Positions 21,418 through 34,500 of a stretch of 64,000 nt of DNA are shown here, one piece after another; position 1 is the first letter of the stretch, and each line of letters begins with the position of its first letter. The translations under genes and the position numbers were made by a program. The stretch is from Christensenellales bacterium (GTDB lineage: Bacteria > Bacillota > Clostridia > Christensenellales > UBA3700). A model generated the notes under the pieces. It was given only the letters and a program-made list of their open reading frames with translations. It searched no databases and had not been told where the DNA came from. The stretch is from NCBI GenBank assembly GCA_051883455.1, contig JBJETT010000004.1, positions 106,555 to 170,554 on the forward strand, read 5' to 3'.

Positions 21418-22617
21418 ATGACGAAAATCAAAATGACGACGCCTATCGTAGAACTCGACGGCGACGAGATGACTCGCATCATCTGGCAATGGATAAAAGA
21501 GATACTTATCGAACCTTACGTGGAACTAAAAAGCGAATATTATGACCTCGGTCTTGTCAATAGAGAAGCTACCAAGGACCAAGTGACGGTGGACTCCGCC
21601 AACGCTATAGTCAAATACGGCGTGGGCGTAAAGTGCGCTACCATTACCCCTAACGCGCAGAGAGTGAAGGAATACAACCTCTCCAATATGTGGAAGAGCC
21701 CTAACGGCACGGTGAGAGCAATACTCGACGGCACGGTGTTTAGAGCGCCTATCATGGTCAAGGGCATTACGCCTTATATCCCTACGTGGACAAGCCCTAT
21801 CACCATTGCAAGACACGCTTACGGCGATATATACAAGGATGTAGAGGGCTACGTAACCAAGGGCGGTAAGGCTAAACTCGTCATCGACGACGAGCAAGGT
21901 CATAGAGAAATCGAAATCTTCGATTACGCCAAGAGCGCAGGTGTGACTATGGGTATGCACAATACCGACAAGAGCATATCGAGCTTTGCGAGAAGTTGCT
22001 TCAACTATGCCTTGGATACCAAGCAAGACCTTTGGTTTGCCACCAAAGACACCATATCTAAGACTTACGACCATAGATTTAAGGATATCTTCGCCGAGAT
22101 ATTCGACAGCGAATATAAGAGCAAATTTGAGGAAGCGGGCATAGAATACTTCTATACCTTGATTGACGACGCCGTGGCAAGAGTGGTGAGAAGCAACGGC
22201 GGTATGATTTGGGCGTGCAAAAACTATGACGGCGACGTGATGAGCGATATGGTAGCAACAGCATTTGGGTCTCTAGCTATGATGACGTCAGTGCTCGTTT
22301 CGCCTGACGGCAAGTACGAGTATGAGGCAGCTCACGGCACCGTTACAAGACACTACTACAAGTATCTAGAAGGCAAGTCGACTTCCACTAACCCCGTGGC
22401 AACCATCTTTGCTTGGTCGGGTGCACTGCGTAAGAGAGCGGAACTAGACGGACTCGACGACTTAGCTAACTACGCAGACAGACTCGAAAAAGCCACTATC
22501 GACACTATCGAATCGGGATATATGACGGGCGACCTCGCTTCGCTGTATAAGGGCGACGTAGAGGTGCATACCTTGGAGACTCGCGACTTCCTCACCGAGA
22601 TTGCTAAGAGAATTTGA
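21418..22617 (+). CDS. icd: NADP-dependent isocitrate dehydrogenase (eukaryote-like type II family)
   Basis: [46 protein letters not shown]. Confidence 0.97.
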   Translation: MTKIKMTTPIVELDGDEMTRIIWQWIKEILIEPYVELKSEYYDLGLVNREATKDQVTVDSANAIVKYGVGVKCATITPNAQRVKEYNLSNMWKSPNGTVRAILDGTVFRAPIMVKGITPYIPTWTSPITIARHAYGDIYKDVEGYVTKGGKAKLVIDDEQGHREIEIFDYAKSAGVTMGMHNTDKSISSFARSCFNYALDTKQDLWFATKDTISKTYDHRFKDIFAEIFDSEYKSKFEEAGIEYFYTLIDDAVARVVRSNGGMIWACKNYDGDVMSDMVATAFGSLAMMTSVLVSPDGKYEYEAAHGTVTRHYYKYLEGKSTSTNPVATIFAWSGALRKRAELDGLDDLANYADRLEKATIDTIESGYMTGDLASLYKGDVEVHTLETRDFLTEIAKRI

Positions 22618-22629
22618 TTGATAATAAAT

Positions 22630-22665
22630 AAAAAAGGCACACTCAATAAAGGGTGTGCCTTTTTT
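22630..22665. terminator. Bidirectional terminator between icd and the acetyltransferase gene
   Basis: AAAAAAGGCACAC-loop-GTGTGCCTTTTTT. Confidence 0.85.
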
Positions 22666-22690
22666 AATAATTGGTATTTGGTTGAGATAT

Positions 22691-23305
22691 TTAGTCGAGG
22701 TCTTCGTAGTTGATTTTTAGATCACGATAAAAGTATACGTTGTCGCGCTCATCGATAGGTCTTAGCACACGGCATGGATTGCCGACGGCAACAACGCCCG
22801 CGGGAATATCCTTGGTGACGACGCTACCCGCACCTATGACGGTGTTGTCGCCGATAGTTACGCCCGGCAAGATGATTGCGCCTGCGCCTATCCAACAATT
22901 TTTGCCGATATGAACTGGCAAGTTGAATTGGTAAGCCTTTTCTCTAAGGGCGGGGCAGATTGGGTGTGAGGCGGTAGCCACGATGACGTTGGGCGCAAAC
23001 ATGGTATGGTCGCCCACGTATATGTGAGTGTCGTCAACGAGCGTGAGATTGAAATTGGCGTAGACGCCGTTGCCAAAATGGACGTGTTTGCCCGAAAAAT
23101 TGGCATGAAAAGGCGGCTCGATATAGCAATCTTCGCCTATCTCGGCGAACATTTTTTGGAGTAGTTGCCCACGTAGTTGCAGTTGGCTGGGTCTGGTGGC
23201 GTTGAATTCGTAGAGTAATTCTAACCTTTGCAACTGTTCTTGCATAATGGCGGGGTCGTTGGGATTATAAACTTGTTGAGAGTGTAACTTGTCTTGTTCG
23301 TTCAT
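22691..23305 (-). CDS. Sugar O-acetyltransferase (Maa/LacA hexapeptide family)
   Basis: Mac domain (Y.P.DP), IEPPFHANFSG, WIGAGAIILPGVTIG..VIGAGSVVTKDIP. Confidence 0.92.
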   Translation of the reverse strand: MNEQDKLHSQQVYNPNDPAIMQEQLQRLELLYEFNATRPSQLQLRGQLLQKMFAEIGEDCYIEPPFHANFSGKHVHFGNGVYANFNLTLVDDTHIYVGDHTMFAPNVIVATASHPICPALREKAYQFNLPVHIGKNCWIGAGAIILPGVTIGDNTVIGAGSVVTKDIPAGVVAVGNPCRVLRPIDERDNVYFYRDLKINYEDLD

Positions 23306-23309
23306 AGTT

Positions 23310-24227
23310 TTACTTGTATAGTTTGGCAATATTCATTGCGCTCTCTTTGACCTTGTCGCGTATGGAGATAGGGGAGAGGACTTCGACGTTTTCGCGATAG
23401 GAAAGCAGTTTGTCTATGAGCTTGTCGCCCACGGTGACGTAGGCTTGCGCTATCCAATAGTCGCCTTGTTCGGCTTTGTTGACTGCCTCTACGCCGAGCC
23501 ATTCCTCCACGTCGTAGCGGGCGTTTTGGTTGACCTTGAGCACGATGCTTATCTCTTGAGCGTTGTCTAGCTTGTTGGCTATCTTCCACGCATTGGTAAA
23601 CTCTCTCGGTTTGAAGTCGCTGTCGGTAGGCAAGATATGCGTGATACGGCTGATTTTGAAGGTGCGCATTTGGTTGCGCATGCGACACCATGCGTATATG
23701 TACCATATTCCCGCGCCGTACACGACTACGTAAGGCTCGATGACGCGCTCGGAGAGGTTACCGCCTCTGTCGTGATAGGTGATTTTGACTGCCTTTTTGC
23801 GAGAGCGGGCTTTGAGCAACGCGTCCATCTTTTGTTGGAGATTGGTGTTGTTGCCCCAAGTAGACTTGTCCACTACGAATAGGTCTGAGTGGAAGTTTTC
23901 ACCCGTGCGCTTGTCTGTGTTAAGATTTTGAAGCTTAGCCTTGATACCCACCGCCGTGTCGTTGAAGGGCAGGGTGTCGAGAGAGGTGAAAATCAATTCC
24001 AATTCTTCTCGCGTAAGGTATTGGGCGCGAAGCTTGAAGTCTTCGCCTATCATAATTCCACCGTCTCTGCCTTTTTTGCATACTACGGGTATGTGTGAAT
24101 AGCTTAGCACGTCTACGTAACGATAGACGGTGCGTTCGCTAATTTCGAGTTTGCTAGCCAATTCTTGCGCAGTGCACTTGGGATTGTTGAGCAAATCTAC
24201 CAACATTGTAAAAATATTGCTTATCAT
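23310..24227 (-). CDS. YafY-family HTH-WYL transcriptional regulator
   Basis: N-terminal HTH (ELASKLEISERTVYRYV), R.IEPY..V...WYIYAWC..R..R.FKISRI WYL domain. Confidence 0.93.
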   Translation of the reverse strand: MISNIFTMLVDLLNNPKCTAQELASKLEISERTVYRYVDVLSYSHIPVVCKKGRDGGIMIGEDFKLRAQYLTREELELIFTSLDTLPFNDTAVGIKAKLQNLNTDKRTGENFHSDLFVVDKSTWGNNTNLQQKMDALLKARSRKKAVKITYHDRGGNLSERVIEPYVVVYGAGIWYIYAWCRMRNQMRTFKISRITHILPTDSDFKPREFTNAWKIANKLDNAQEISIVLKVNQNARYDVEEWLGVEAVNKAEQGDYWIAQAYVTVGDKLIDKLLSYRENVEVLSPISIRDKVKESAMNIAKLYK

Positions 24228-24354
24228 CTGACACCTTGTATCTCTTATTTGTATATATTATAACCATAAAATAGGCGATAGTCAATAGCATAATGAATTG
24301 TTATACTACTTTATTTGTAAAATAAAACTATAAAAAAACCGTCAAAAAATATAA

Positions 24355-25764
<1,410 letters not shown>

Positions 25765-25787
25765 TCATTCTAAATCAAATAAAATGG

Positions 25788-25813
25788 GTCGGTTGAAATA
25801 TACCGACTTTTTT
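25788..25813 (+). terminator. Intrinsic terminator after gdhA
   Basis: GTCGGT-loop-ACCGAC plus TTTTTT. Confidence 0.75.
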
Positions 25814-26175
25814 ATATCGACGACGCTTGGTATAGTCGTAGAACTAAATAGTGAAACATAGGCTGATGAGTAAAAGTATGACGTTATATCTTGGAAAATG
25901 ACAATTGATAGAAGCATTAATGCTATTAGAGTAAAATAAAAAAGTCAAACTAAAACCCAAACCGTGTTGGCAATTTTTTGCAATGAAAGAGTTGAGAGTG
26001 GATGGGAGAAAAGAGAGCCTAGAGTAAATCTAAAGCGACACAAATTGCATTTGGAGCATAGCAAAAATTGAAGGGAAGATGAGTGGGAAGTTGCTTTGAA
26101 AGAAAATATAGACAAAATGCGGTAGATTTGGGATAGAAATAGGGGTGGAAATTGCATAAAATTGTTGAAATTGTA

Positions 26176-26306
26176 TGTGGATAAGTCGGTTATATTTGGC
26201 TTGATAATTTTGGTGAAAAACCGATACTTGTGGGCAAAGAGGGACAAAAAATCGACTTTTTGCAATGTGGATAACTGAGGTCAAATGTGGATAATGCTGT
26301 GGATAA
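26176..26306. promoter_or_regulatory. DnaA-box cluster (4 perfect co-oriented TGTGGATAA plus 1 degenerate)
   Basis: TGTGGATAA at 26176, 26266, 26286 and 26298; TGTGGGCAA at 26229. Confidence 0.8.
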
Positions 26307-26500
26307 CTGCCCAAAATAGAGAAAAAAACCGTTAAAAAACCAAAAAATCGACAAAAATATGCAAATTTTATATTTTGTATAAAAATATTTTATTTTGGGG
26401 CTTTTTCCTTGCAAAAATCTATCAAAATATGGTAGTATATGGGCAATAAGATTATTTATCTTTTTTCTAATTAATTTGGACAAACTTTTAGGAGAAAAAT

Positions 26501-26989
26501 ATGGCTAAAGTCGGCGTAATAATGGGTAGCCTCAGCGACCTTGACGTAGTAAAACCTGCAATCGAAATACTCAAAAAATTCGGCGTGGAAGTCGACGCCA
26601 GAGTTATCTCTGCGCACCGTACGCCTAACGAGGCTCACGAGTACGCTTGCAATGCCGAGGCTAACGGTATCGAGGCGATAATTTGTGCTGCGGGCAAAGC
26701 GGCTCACCTAGGTGGAGTGATTGCCGCATATACGTCGCTACCAATCATAGGACTACCTGTCAAGAGCTCCACTATGGACGGATTGGACAGCCTGCTCTCT
26801 ATGGTGCAAATGCCGTCGGGCATACCTGTAGCTTGCGTGGCTATCAACGGCGGACTCAACGCGGGACTTCTCGCTATACAAATGCTGTCTATCAAATATC
26901 CCGAGCTTGGCGAAAAGATGAAAAAGTACAAGCAAGATATGGCGGATAAAATCAACGGCGACGACGCCAAACTACAACAACTCGTATAA
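26501..26989 (+). CDS. purE: N5-CAIR mutase
   Basis: IMGSLSD, SAHRTP, AGKAAHLGG, DGLDSLLSMVQMPSGIPVA. Confidence 0.97.
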   Translation: MAKVGVIMGSLSDLDVVKPAIEILKKFGVEVDARVISAHRTPNEAHEYACNAEANGIEAIICAAGKAAHLGGVIAAYTSLPIIGLPVKSSTMDGLDSLLSMVQMPSGIPVACVAINGGLNAGLLAIQMLSIKYPELGEKMKKYKQDMADKINGDDAKLQQLV

Positions 26990-27087
26990 TCGTGGCGGGT
27001 GTTGCTATGAAGAGAAATTATTAAAAATTACTATATTTGTATGGGTTTGGAAGCAAGCCCATATTCCATTTATTCAAGGAGGACAAA

Positions 27088-28104
27088 ATGGCTATTGATT
27101 ACAAGTCTGCAGGCGTGGACGTAGAGGCAGGTTACGAAGCGGTTAAACTGATGAAACAGTACGTAAAAAAGACGTACGACGGCAACGTGCTGGGAGATCT
27201 CGGCAGTTTCGGAGGCTTTTATGCGCTCGATGACAGAGAAGACGGAGATTGCTTGGTAGCGGGTACCGACGGCGTGGGTACGAAACTCAAATACGCCTTC
27301 GTATTGGACAAGCACGACACTATCGGTATTGACGCCGTGGCTATGTGCGTCAACGATATCGTTTGTCAAGGCGCAAAACCACTGTTGTTCTTAGACTACA
27401 TCGCTCTATCTAAGTTGGAGCCTAACAAAGTGGCAACTATCGTCAAGGGCGTGGCTGAGGGCTGTTGCCAATCGGGGTGCGCACTCATCGGCGGTGAGAC
27501 TGCCGAGATGCCGGGATTTTATGCCAAGGACGAATACGACATTGCGGGCTTTGCGGTAGGTATCGTCAACAAAAAGAAGATTATCAACGGCAAAAATATC
27601 AAGGTGGGAGATAAACTCATAGGTTTAGCAAGTAGCGGTATACACTCCAACGGATACTCTCTAGTCAGAAAGCTATTCGGCGAGGATAAGGAGAGCCTCA
27701 ACAAGTACAACGAGACGCTGGGTTGCACCCCTGCCGAAGTGGTGTTGACACCTACGAGAATTTACGTCAAGACCATACTCAGTATTATAGAAAAATTCGA
27801 GATTAAGGGCATTGCGCATATCACGGGCGGTGGCTTTATTGAAAACGTGCCTCGTATCATTCCTAAGGGTATGGGCGTGCATATCGATAGAAGCAGTTAT
27901 CCGTTGCCTAAGCTCTTCAAGGCTCTTCAAGAGATTGCGGGCATCGACGACACCAAAATGTGCAACACCTTCAATATGGGTATAGGTATGGTGCTAGCCG
28001 TTGACCCTCAAATCGCAAACGCCGTCACCGACGAACTCAACGCTATGGGCGAAAAGGCTTATATCATCGGCGAAGTGACGGACAAAGAGGGCGTAGAGCT
28101 ATGA
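27088..28104 (+). CDS. purM: AIR synthetase
   Basis: [48 protein letters not shown]. Confidence 0.97.
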   Translation: MAIDYKSAGVDVEAGYEAVKLMKQYVKKTYDGNVLGDLGSFGGFYALDDREDGDCLVAGTDGVGTKLKYAFVLDKHDTIGIDAVAMCVNDIVCQGAKPLLFLDYIALSKLEPNKVATIVKGVAEGCCQSGCALIGGETAEMPGFYAKDEYDIAGFAVGIVNKKKIINGKNIKVGDKLIGLASSGIHSNGYSLVRKLFGEDKESLNKYNETLGCTPAEVVLTPTRIYVKTILSIIEKFEIKGIAHITGGGFIENVPRIIPKGMGVHIDRSSYPLPKLFKALQEIAGIDDTKMCNTFNMGIGMVLAVDPQIANAVTDELNAMGEKAYIIGEVTDKEGVEL

Positions 28105-28679
28105 AGAGAATAGCAATATTCGCTTCGGGTGGCGGTAGCGACATGCAGTCGGTGATAGACGGCTGTGAGAGCGGTCTTATAGACGGCAAGGTAGTAGCCG
28201 TAGTGACCAACAAGGACGGCATCGGCGCGCTGGATAGAGCTAAGAAACATGGCATCGAGAGTAGAGTCTATAGGCTAGGCGACTACGTTGACGCCGAGGA
28301 CAGAGATAGAGCTATCATTGATTATCTAGTCGAAAAGGACGTAGAGTTGGTGGTGCTGGCAGGATATCTAGCGATAGTCACCCCATGCCTCGTGGACAAG
28401 TATAGAGGCAAGATTATCAATATTCACCCATCGCTGATACCTAAGTTTTGCGGAAAGGGTATGTATGGACTCAAGGTGCATACAGCCGTTTTGCAAGCGG
28501 GCGAAAAAGAGAGCGGTGCAACGGTACACTTCGTGGACGAGGGTGCGGACACGGGCGAGATAATCGCTCAAGTCAAAGTGCCCGTCTTAGAGGGCGACAC
28601 TCCTCAAACTTTGCAAGAGAGAGTGCTAGAACAAGAACATATTCTTTTGCCGTCGGTCGTGGCAAAATTGTGTAAATAA
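28101..28679 (+). CDS. purN: GAR formyltransferase
   Basis: [31 protein letters not shown]. Confidence 0.97.
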   Translation: MKRIAIFASGGGSDMQSVIDGCESGLIDGKVVAVVTNKDGIGALDRAKKHGIESRVYRLGDYVDAEDRDRAIIDYLVEKDVELVVLAGYLAIVTPCLVDKYRGKIINIHPSLIPKFCGKGMYGLKVHTAVLQAGEKESGATVHFVDEGADTGEIIAQVKVPVLEGDTPQTLQERVLEQEHILLPSVVAKLCK

Positions 28680-28703
28680 TCAATACGTATAAGGAGAAAT
28701 AAA

Positions 28704-30242
28704 ATGAAAAAAAGAGCATTGATAAGCGTATCGGACAAGAGTGGCATAGTTGACTTTGCCTCTCGCCTCGTGGGCTTCGGCTACGAGATTATCTCTACGG
28801 GCGGAACGCTCAAGGTCCTCAAAGAAGCGGGACTCGACGCAATCGATATCAGTTCGATTACGGGTTTCCCAGAGTGCCTCGACGGCAGAGTAAAGACCTT
28901 GCACCCTAACGTGCACGCAGGTCTTTTGGCCATGAGAGATAACGCCGAACATATGGCTTTTCTTGAAAAGATGAATATCAATACCATAGATATCGTGGTG
29001 GTAAACCTATATCCTTTCAAAGCTACCGTGTCTAAGCCAAACGTGGACTTGCAAACAGCTATCGAAAATATCGATATCGGTGGACCTACGATGCTCAGAA
29101 GTGCGGCTAAAAATTACCAAGACGTTGCAGTCGTGGTAGACCCTGCCGACTATGCTAAGGTTTTGGCGGAGCTCGAAGAGGGCGAGATTAAGAAAGAAAC
29201 CAAATTCTACCTTATGTACAAGGTATATCAACATACCTCTTACTACGACACCCTCATTGCCAATTATCTTAGAAGCAAGCTGGGTATCGAATTCCCTGAC
29301 CAATTTACCATGGCTTTTGACAAGGCGCAAGATATGCGCTACGGCGAAAACCCTCACCAAAACGCGGTTTTCTACAAAGAAGCCTTCGACGTCAAAGGCT
29401 CGCTTGCTACCGCCGTTCAACTTCACGGCAAAGAGCTGAGCTACAATAATATCAACGACACCAACGGCGCACTCGACTTGCTAAGAGAGTTTGACGAGCC
29501 GACTATAGTTGCCGTCAAGCACGCCAACCCTTGCGGAGTGGCTACCGCTGCAACTATTTCCGAGGCTTTCTACAAAGCCAACGCGGCAGATCCAACATCT
29601 ATCTTCGGCGGAATAGTGGCTGCCAATAGAACTATAGACAAGGCGACTGCCGAGCAAATCCATAAAATCTTTATTGAGATAGTAGTAGCTCCCGACTTCG
29701 ATGAGGACGCACTTGCAATCCTCACCCAAAAGCCAAATATTAGACTACTCAAACTCGACGGTATAGCAAGCCCAATCCCACAAGGCTGTTACGATATGAA
29801 GAAGGTGCTCGGCGGATTGCTCGTGCAAGAGTACGACAAAATGGTCGTGGACATGGATAAGGTTGTGGACGTAACCGAAAAGAAAGTCACCAAAGAGCAA
29901 ATGGAAGATTTGATATTCGCAATGAAAGTTGTCAAGCACACCAAGTCCAACGCTATCGTGGTGGCTAAGGACAAGACTATCCTCGGTATAGGCGGAGGTC
30001 AAGTCAATAGAATTAGAGCTACTAAACAAGCTATCGAGCATTCTTTGACCTCGACCGAGGGCGCTGTGCTTGCTTCCGACGCTTTCTTCCCGTTCGATGA
30101 CTGCGTAGAGGCGGCTCACCAAGGCAAAATCGCCGCAATCATGCAACCCGGCGGAAGCAGAAACGACCAACTCAGTATTGACGCTTGCAATAGATACGGC
30201 ATTGCAATGGTATTTACAGGCGATAGACACTTCAAACACTAA
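28704..30242 (+). CDS. purH: AICAR transformylase/IMP cyclohydrolase
   Basis: [45 protein letters not shown]. Confidence 0.98.
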   Translation: MKKRALISVSDKSGIVDFASRLVGFGYEIISTGGTLKVLKEAGLDAIDISSITGFPECLDGRVKTLHPNVHAGLLAMRDNAEHMAFLEKMNINTIDIVVVNLYPFKATVSKPNVDLQTAIENIDIGGPTMLRSAAKNYQDVAVVVDPADYAKVLAELEEGEIKKETKFYLMYKVYQHTSYYDTLIANYLRSKLGIEFPDQFTMAFDKAQDMRYGENPHQNAVFYKEAFDVKGSLATAVQLHGKELSYNNINDTNGALDLLREFDEPTIVAVKHANPCGVATAATISEAFYKANAADPTSIFGGIVAANRTIDKATAEQIHKIFIEIVVAPDFDEDALAILTQKPNIRLLKLDGIASPIPQGCYDMKKVLGGLLVQEYDKMVVDMDKVVDVTEKKVTKEQMEDLIFAMKVVKHTKSNAIVVAKDKTILGIGGGQVNRIRATKQAIEHSLTSTEGAVLASDAFFPFDDCVEAAHQGKIAAIMQPGGSRNDQLSIDACNRYGIAMVFTGDRHFKH

Positions 30243-30251
30243 GGAGAGAAT

Positions 30252-31508
30252 ATGAGCGTACTCGTAATTGGAAGCGGCGGTAGAGAACATGCAATTTGCA
30301 TGGCACTCTCCAAGAGCCCTAAAGTAGACAAAATTTATTGCTTGCCGGGCAATGCGGGCATTGCCGAGATAGCCGAATGCCATAATATCGGCGTGATGGA
30401 TTTTGATAATATCGTCAAATTTGTCCAAGAACACAAGGATATCGACTTGACGGTGGTTGCGCCCGACGACCCGCTCGCAGGAGGTCTCGTTGACTTGCTA
30501 GAGAGCAATGGTATGCGCGCATTCGGTCCTAAGAAAAACGCGGCTATCATAGAGGCGAGCAAGGCTTTTAGCAAAAACCTTATGAAAAAATACGGTATTC
30601 CGACCGCCGACTACGTTGAGTTCGACGACTGCGACGGCGCACTTGAGTACGTAAGCAATGCAAAATATCCGCTCGTAGTCAAAGCCGACGGTCTAGCTCT
30701 CGGCAAAGGCGTAATTATATGCAACGACAAGCAAGAGGGCATTGACGCCGTCAAAGAGATGATGATAGACGGCAAGTTTAAGGATGCGGGTAAGAAGGTC
30801 GTAATTGAAGAATTTATGGTAGGCAAAGAGGTGTCGGTGCTGTGCTTCTGCGATGGCAAGACCGTTGTGCCTATGGTGTCTTCGCAAGACCACAAGAGAG
30901 CGCACGACAACGACGAGGGACTCAATACGGGCGGTATGGGAACTTTTGCTCCGTCTAAGATTTATACCCCCGAAATGGCTCAAGAGGTGTACGACACTAT
31001 CATCGTGCCAACCGTCAAGGCTATGAGCGCCGAGGGAAGAACCTTCAAAGGCGTACTATACTGCGGACTCATGTTGACTAGCGACGGCGTAAAGGTGCTG
31101 GAATACAACGCGCGCTTCGGCGACCCCGAGACACAAGTCGTTTTGCCTAAGCTGGAGAGCGATATATACGATATATTCAACGCTTGCATAGACGGCACGC
31201 TCGACAAAGTGGATATCAAATGGAACGATAAGACTGCCGTATGCGTAATAGTTGCGAGCGGTGGTTATCCCGAAGCCTACGCCAAGGGTTTGCCTATCAC
31301 TATAGACAAGCTTGATGACGGCGTTATCTTGTACCACGCGGGTACTGCCAAGAAAGACGGCGTGCTCGTCACCAACGGCGGAAGAGTGTTGGGAGTGACG
31401 GCGCTTGCCGACGATATGGACAAGGCAAGAGAAATCGCCTACGCCAACGTCAAAAAAGTACACTTTGACAAAATGTTTTATCGCACGGATATAGGAATAA
31501 AGAAATAA
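30252..31508 (+). CDS. purD: GAR synthetase
   Basis: GSGGREHA, KADGLALGKGV, NTGGMG, EYNARFGDPE, TNGGRVL. Confidence 0.98.
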   Translation: MSVLVIGSGGREHAICMALSKSPKVDKIYCLPGNAGIAEIAECHNIGVMDFDNIVKFVQEHKDIDLTVVAPDDPLAGGLVDLLESNGMRAFGPKKNAAIIEASKAFSKNLMKKYGIPTADYVEFDDCDGALEYVSNAKYPLVVKADGLALGKGVIICNDKQEGIDAVKEMMIDGKFKDAGKKVVIEEFMVGKEVSVLCFCDGKTVVPMVSSQDHKRAHDNDEGLNTGGMGTFAPSKIYTPEMAQEVYDTIIVPTVKAMSAEGRTFKGVLYCGLMLTSDGVKVLEYNARFGDPETQVVLPKLESDIYDIFNACIDGTLDKVDIKWNDKTAVCVIVASGGYPEAYAKGLPITIDKLDDGVILYHAGTAKKDGVLVTNGGRVLGVTALADDMDKAREIAYANVKKVHFDKMFYRTDIGIKK

Positions 31509-31519
31509 GGATAAGGACA

Positions 31520-34500
31520 ATGGTTAGAAGAATTTTCGTAGAGAAAAAACAAAACTACAACGTTTCGGCAAAAAAGACGCTTGCTGACGTCAAAAACGTG
31601 CTCGGTATCAACGCCGAGGACGTGAGAGAATTGATTAGATACGATATCGAAAATATCGACGACGCGGTGTTTGAGAGCGCCAAGAGTACGATTTTTGCCG
31701 AAGCTCCCGTCGACAATCTATACGACGAGCTCCCCGATTTGGCGGGATATACCGTATTCGTGGTAGAGTATTTGCCGGGTCAGTACGACCAAAGAGCAGA
31801 CAGCGCTATGCAATGCGTGCAGTTGCTATCTATGGGACCAAGACCACTGATTAAGTGCGCCAAAGTCTACGCAATCAAGGGTTGCACCGACGCTCAAATA
31901 GCCGCAATCAAGAAGTACCTCATCAACCCAGTAGAGGCGAGAGAGGGCGAAATGGCTTTGCCTGACACGCTAGTTAGCCAAGTCACCCTACAACTTACCG
32001 TGCCTACAATAGACGGCTTTATCGCAATGAGCGACGAGCAAATCGCTAAGTATCACGGCGAAAAAGGCTTTGCTATGAGCGTATCTGACCTCAAGTTCGT
32101 AAGAGATTATTTTGCAGGTGAAAAGCGCGACCCTAGCGAAACCGAGCTAAAAGTAATCGACACGTATTGGTCGGATCACTGCCGTCATACCACCTTTGCT
32201 ACCGAGATTACCGACGTGGATATCAAGTCGGACAATCCACATCTATTCAAGGCGCTAGATTTGTACAACGACTTGTATCAAGAGTTTAATGCAAAAAGAG
32301 AAGACAAATACAAATGTCTTATGGATATAGCCACCATTGCCGTCAAGAAGTTGAAGAAAGAGGGCAAACTCGACAACCTCGACGTGAGTGACGAAATCAA
32401 CGCTTGCAGCGTGGAAGTCGACGTCGACGTGGACGGCAAGGACGAAAAGTGGCTGATAATGTTCAAAAACGAAACGCACAACCACCCAACGGAGATTGAG
32501 CCTTTCGGTGGAGCGGCTACTTGCCTCGGCGGTGCGATAAGAGACCCGCTGTCGGGTAGAACTTACGTGTACCAAGCAATGAGAGTTACGGGTGCCGCCG
32601 ACCCTAGAAAGCCTATTGAGGAGACACTAAAAGGCAAGCTGCCTCAACGCGTTATCACCAAGACGGCGGCTGCGGGTTATAGCAGTTACGGCAACCAAAT
32701 CGGCTTGGCAACGGGACTTGTTGCCGAGATGTATCACCCTAACTACGTGGCTAAGAGATTGGAGACGGGTTACGTCATCGCGGGAGCACCGAAAGAAAAC
32801 GTGGTGAGAAGAAAGCCTATCGAGGGCGATATCATCGTGCTTCTCGGCGGTGAAACGGGTAGAGATGGTTGCGGTGGCGCAACGGGAAGCTCCAAAGCCC
32901 ATACCGAAAAATCGGTAGAAGTGTGCGGCGCGGAAGTGCAAAAGGGTAACCCTCCTACCGAGAGAAAAATTCAAAGACTATTCCGCAACAAGGACGTAGC
33001 TAGACTTATCGTCAAGTGCAACGACTTCGGTGCGGGCGGTGTGTCGGTAGCTATTGGTGAACTTGCCGACAGCCTCGACATTTATCTAGACAAAGTACCT
33101 AAGAAATACGAGGGATTGTCGGGTACGGAGCTTGCTATATCCGAATCGCAAGAGAGAATGGCGGTAGTGCTCGCTAAGGACACCGTAGAGCAATTTATCA
33201 ACTATGCAAAAGAGGAAAATCTCAACGCCGTAGCCGTGGCAGAAGTTACCGACAACGGCAGAATGAGAATGTTCTACGCAGGCAACTGTATCGTTGACCT
33301 CAAGAGAAGCTTCCTCGATACCAACGGCGTCAAGCAAACTACCAAGGCAGTGGTCAAGGACAACGCCACCGATTATATGAATAAGCCTGACGAGGAGAGT
33401 GCGAAGCTCTTTGCCAAGGGCGACTTTGCGGGCGTGCTATATCACGAGCTCTCCCGTCTCAACGTATGTTCCACCAAGGGGCTTGGCGAAACCTTCGACT
33501 CGACCATCGGCGCGGGTAGCGTGCTGATGCCTTTTGGCGGAAAATATCAACTTACTCCTGCCGTGGCGATGGCGGCTAAACCTCCTGTAAACGGCAAGAC
33601 CGATACTGCTACCGTGTCGAGTTACGGTTGCTCTCCACAACTGATGAGCGCGTCTCCTTTTGTGGGTAGTGTGTATTCTATCGTTTTGTCGCTGTCTAAA
33701 TTGGTGGCTTGCGGTGTGAGAGTCGATACCATAAGACTTTCGTTGCAAGAATTCTTTAAGCGACTAGGCTCCGACCCAGAGAGATGGGGACAGCCTTTGT
33801 CGGCACTGCTCGGCGCACTATACGCTCAAATCGGACTCGGCGTGGGCGCTATCGGCGGTAAGGACAGTATGAGCGGCACTTTTGAAAATATCGACGTTCC
33901 GCCAACGCTAATCAGTTTTGCTATGGGTATAACCAAGGCTAGCAAGGTCATCTCCAATACCTTTGCATTCGACGGCAAGGTCAAGGATATATATCACGTG
34001 TCTTTGCCAAGGGACGAGTACGATATGGTCGACTTTGGCAAGACGCTAAAGCTCTACGACGCTATCAACGACGCTATCGTGGCTGGCAAAATCAAGGCTT
34101 GCAACGTGGTGGAAGAGGGCGGCGTGCTCGCTAGCGTATTCAAGGCTTGTATGGGTAACAAGGCGGGCACCGATTGGGAGGCGCTGACTGTGGATATGCT
34201 TACTCCACGATTCGGCGACTTGGTAATACTTGCCGAGGATATAGACGGCTTGAAGGGCTTCGACGTGCAAAAGGTCGCTAGCCTCAACGGAACTTATACT
34301 TGCGACTTATGCGGCGTAGAAGTCAAGATGGATAAGGCTATCGAAGCCTTTACGGGTACGCTCGAGAGCGTATTCCCAACTACGGCGCCTGCTAGCGGAG
34401 AGGCTAACAACCTCATTTGCGTGGCTCGCAAGCACGAGAGAGCGGCGAGAAATATCGTCAAACCTACCGTTCTCATTCCGGTATTCCCGGGAACTAACTG

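Noticed and set aside
25830-26440. oriC
   Set aside because: DnaA boxes are present, but there is no dnaA/dnaN/rpmH, no switch in gene orientation or apparent GC skew, and only a weak DnaA-trio-like stretch. Reported as a non-origin cluster instead.
26400-26500. Purine or ZTP riboswitch, or PurR box, before purE
   Set aside because: No aptamer consensus; the A-tract-CCG/TCG motifs differ from the PurBox at three or more positions.
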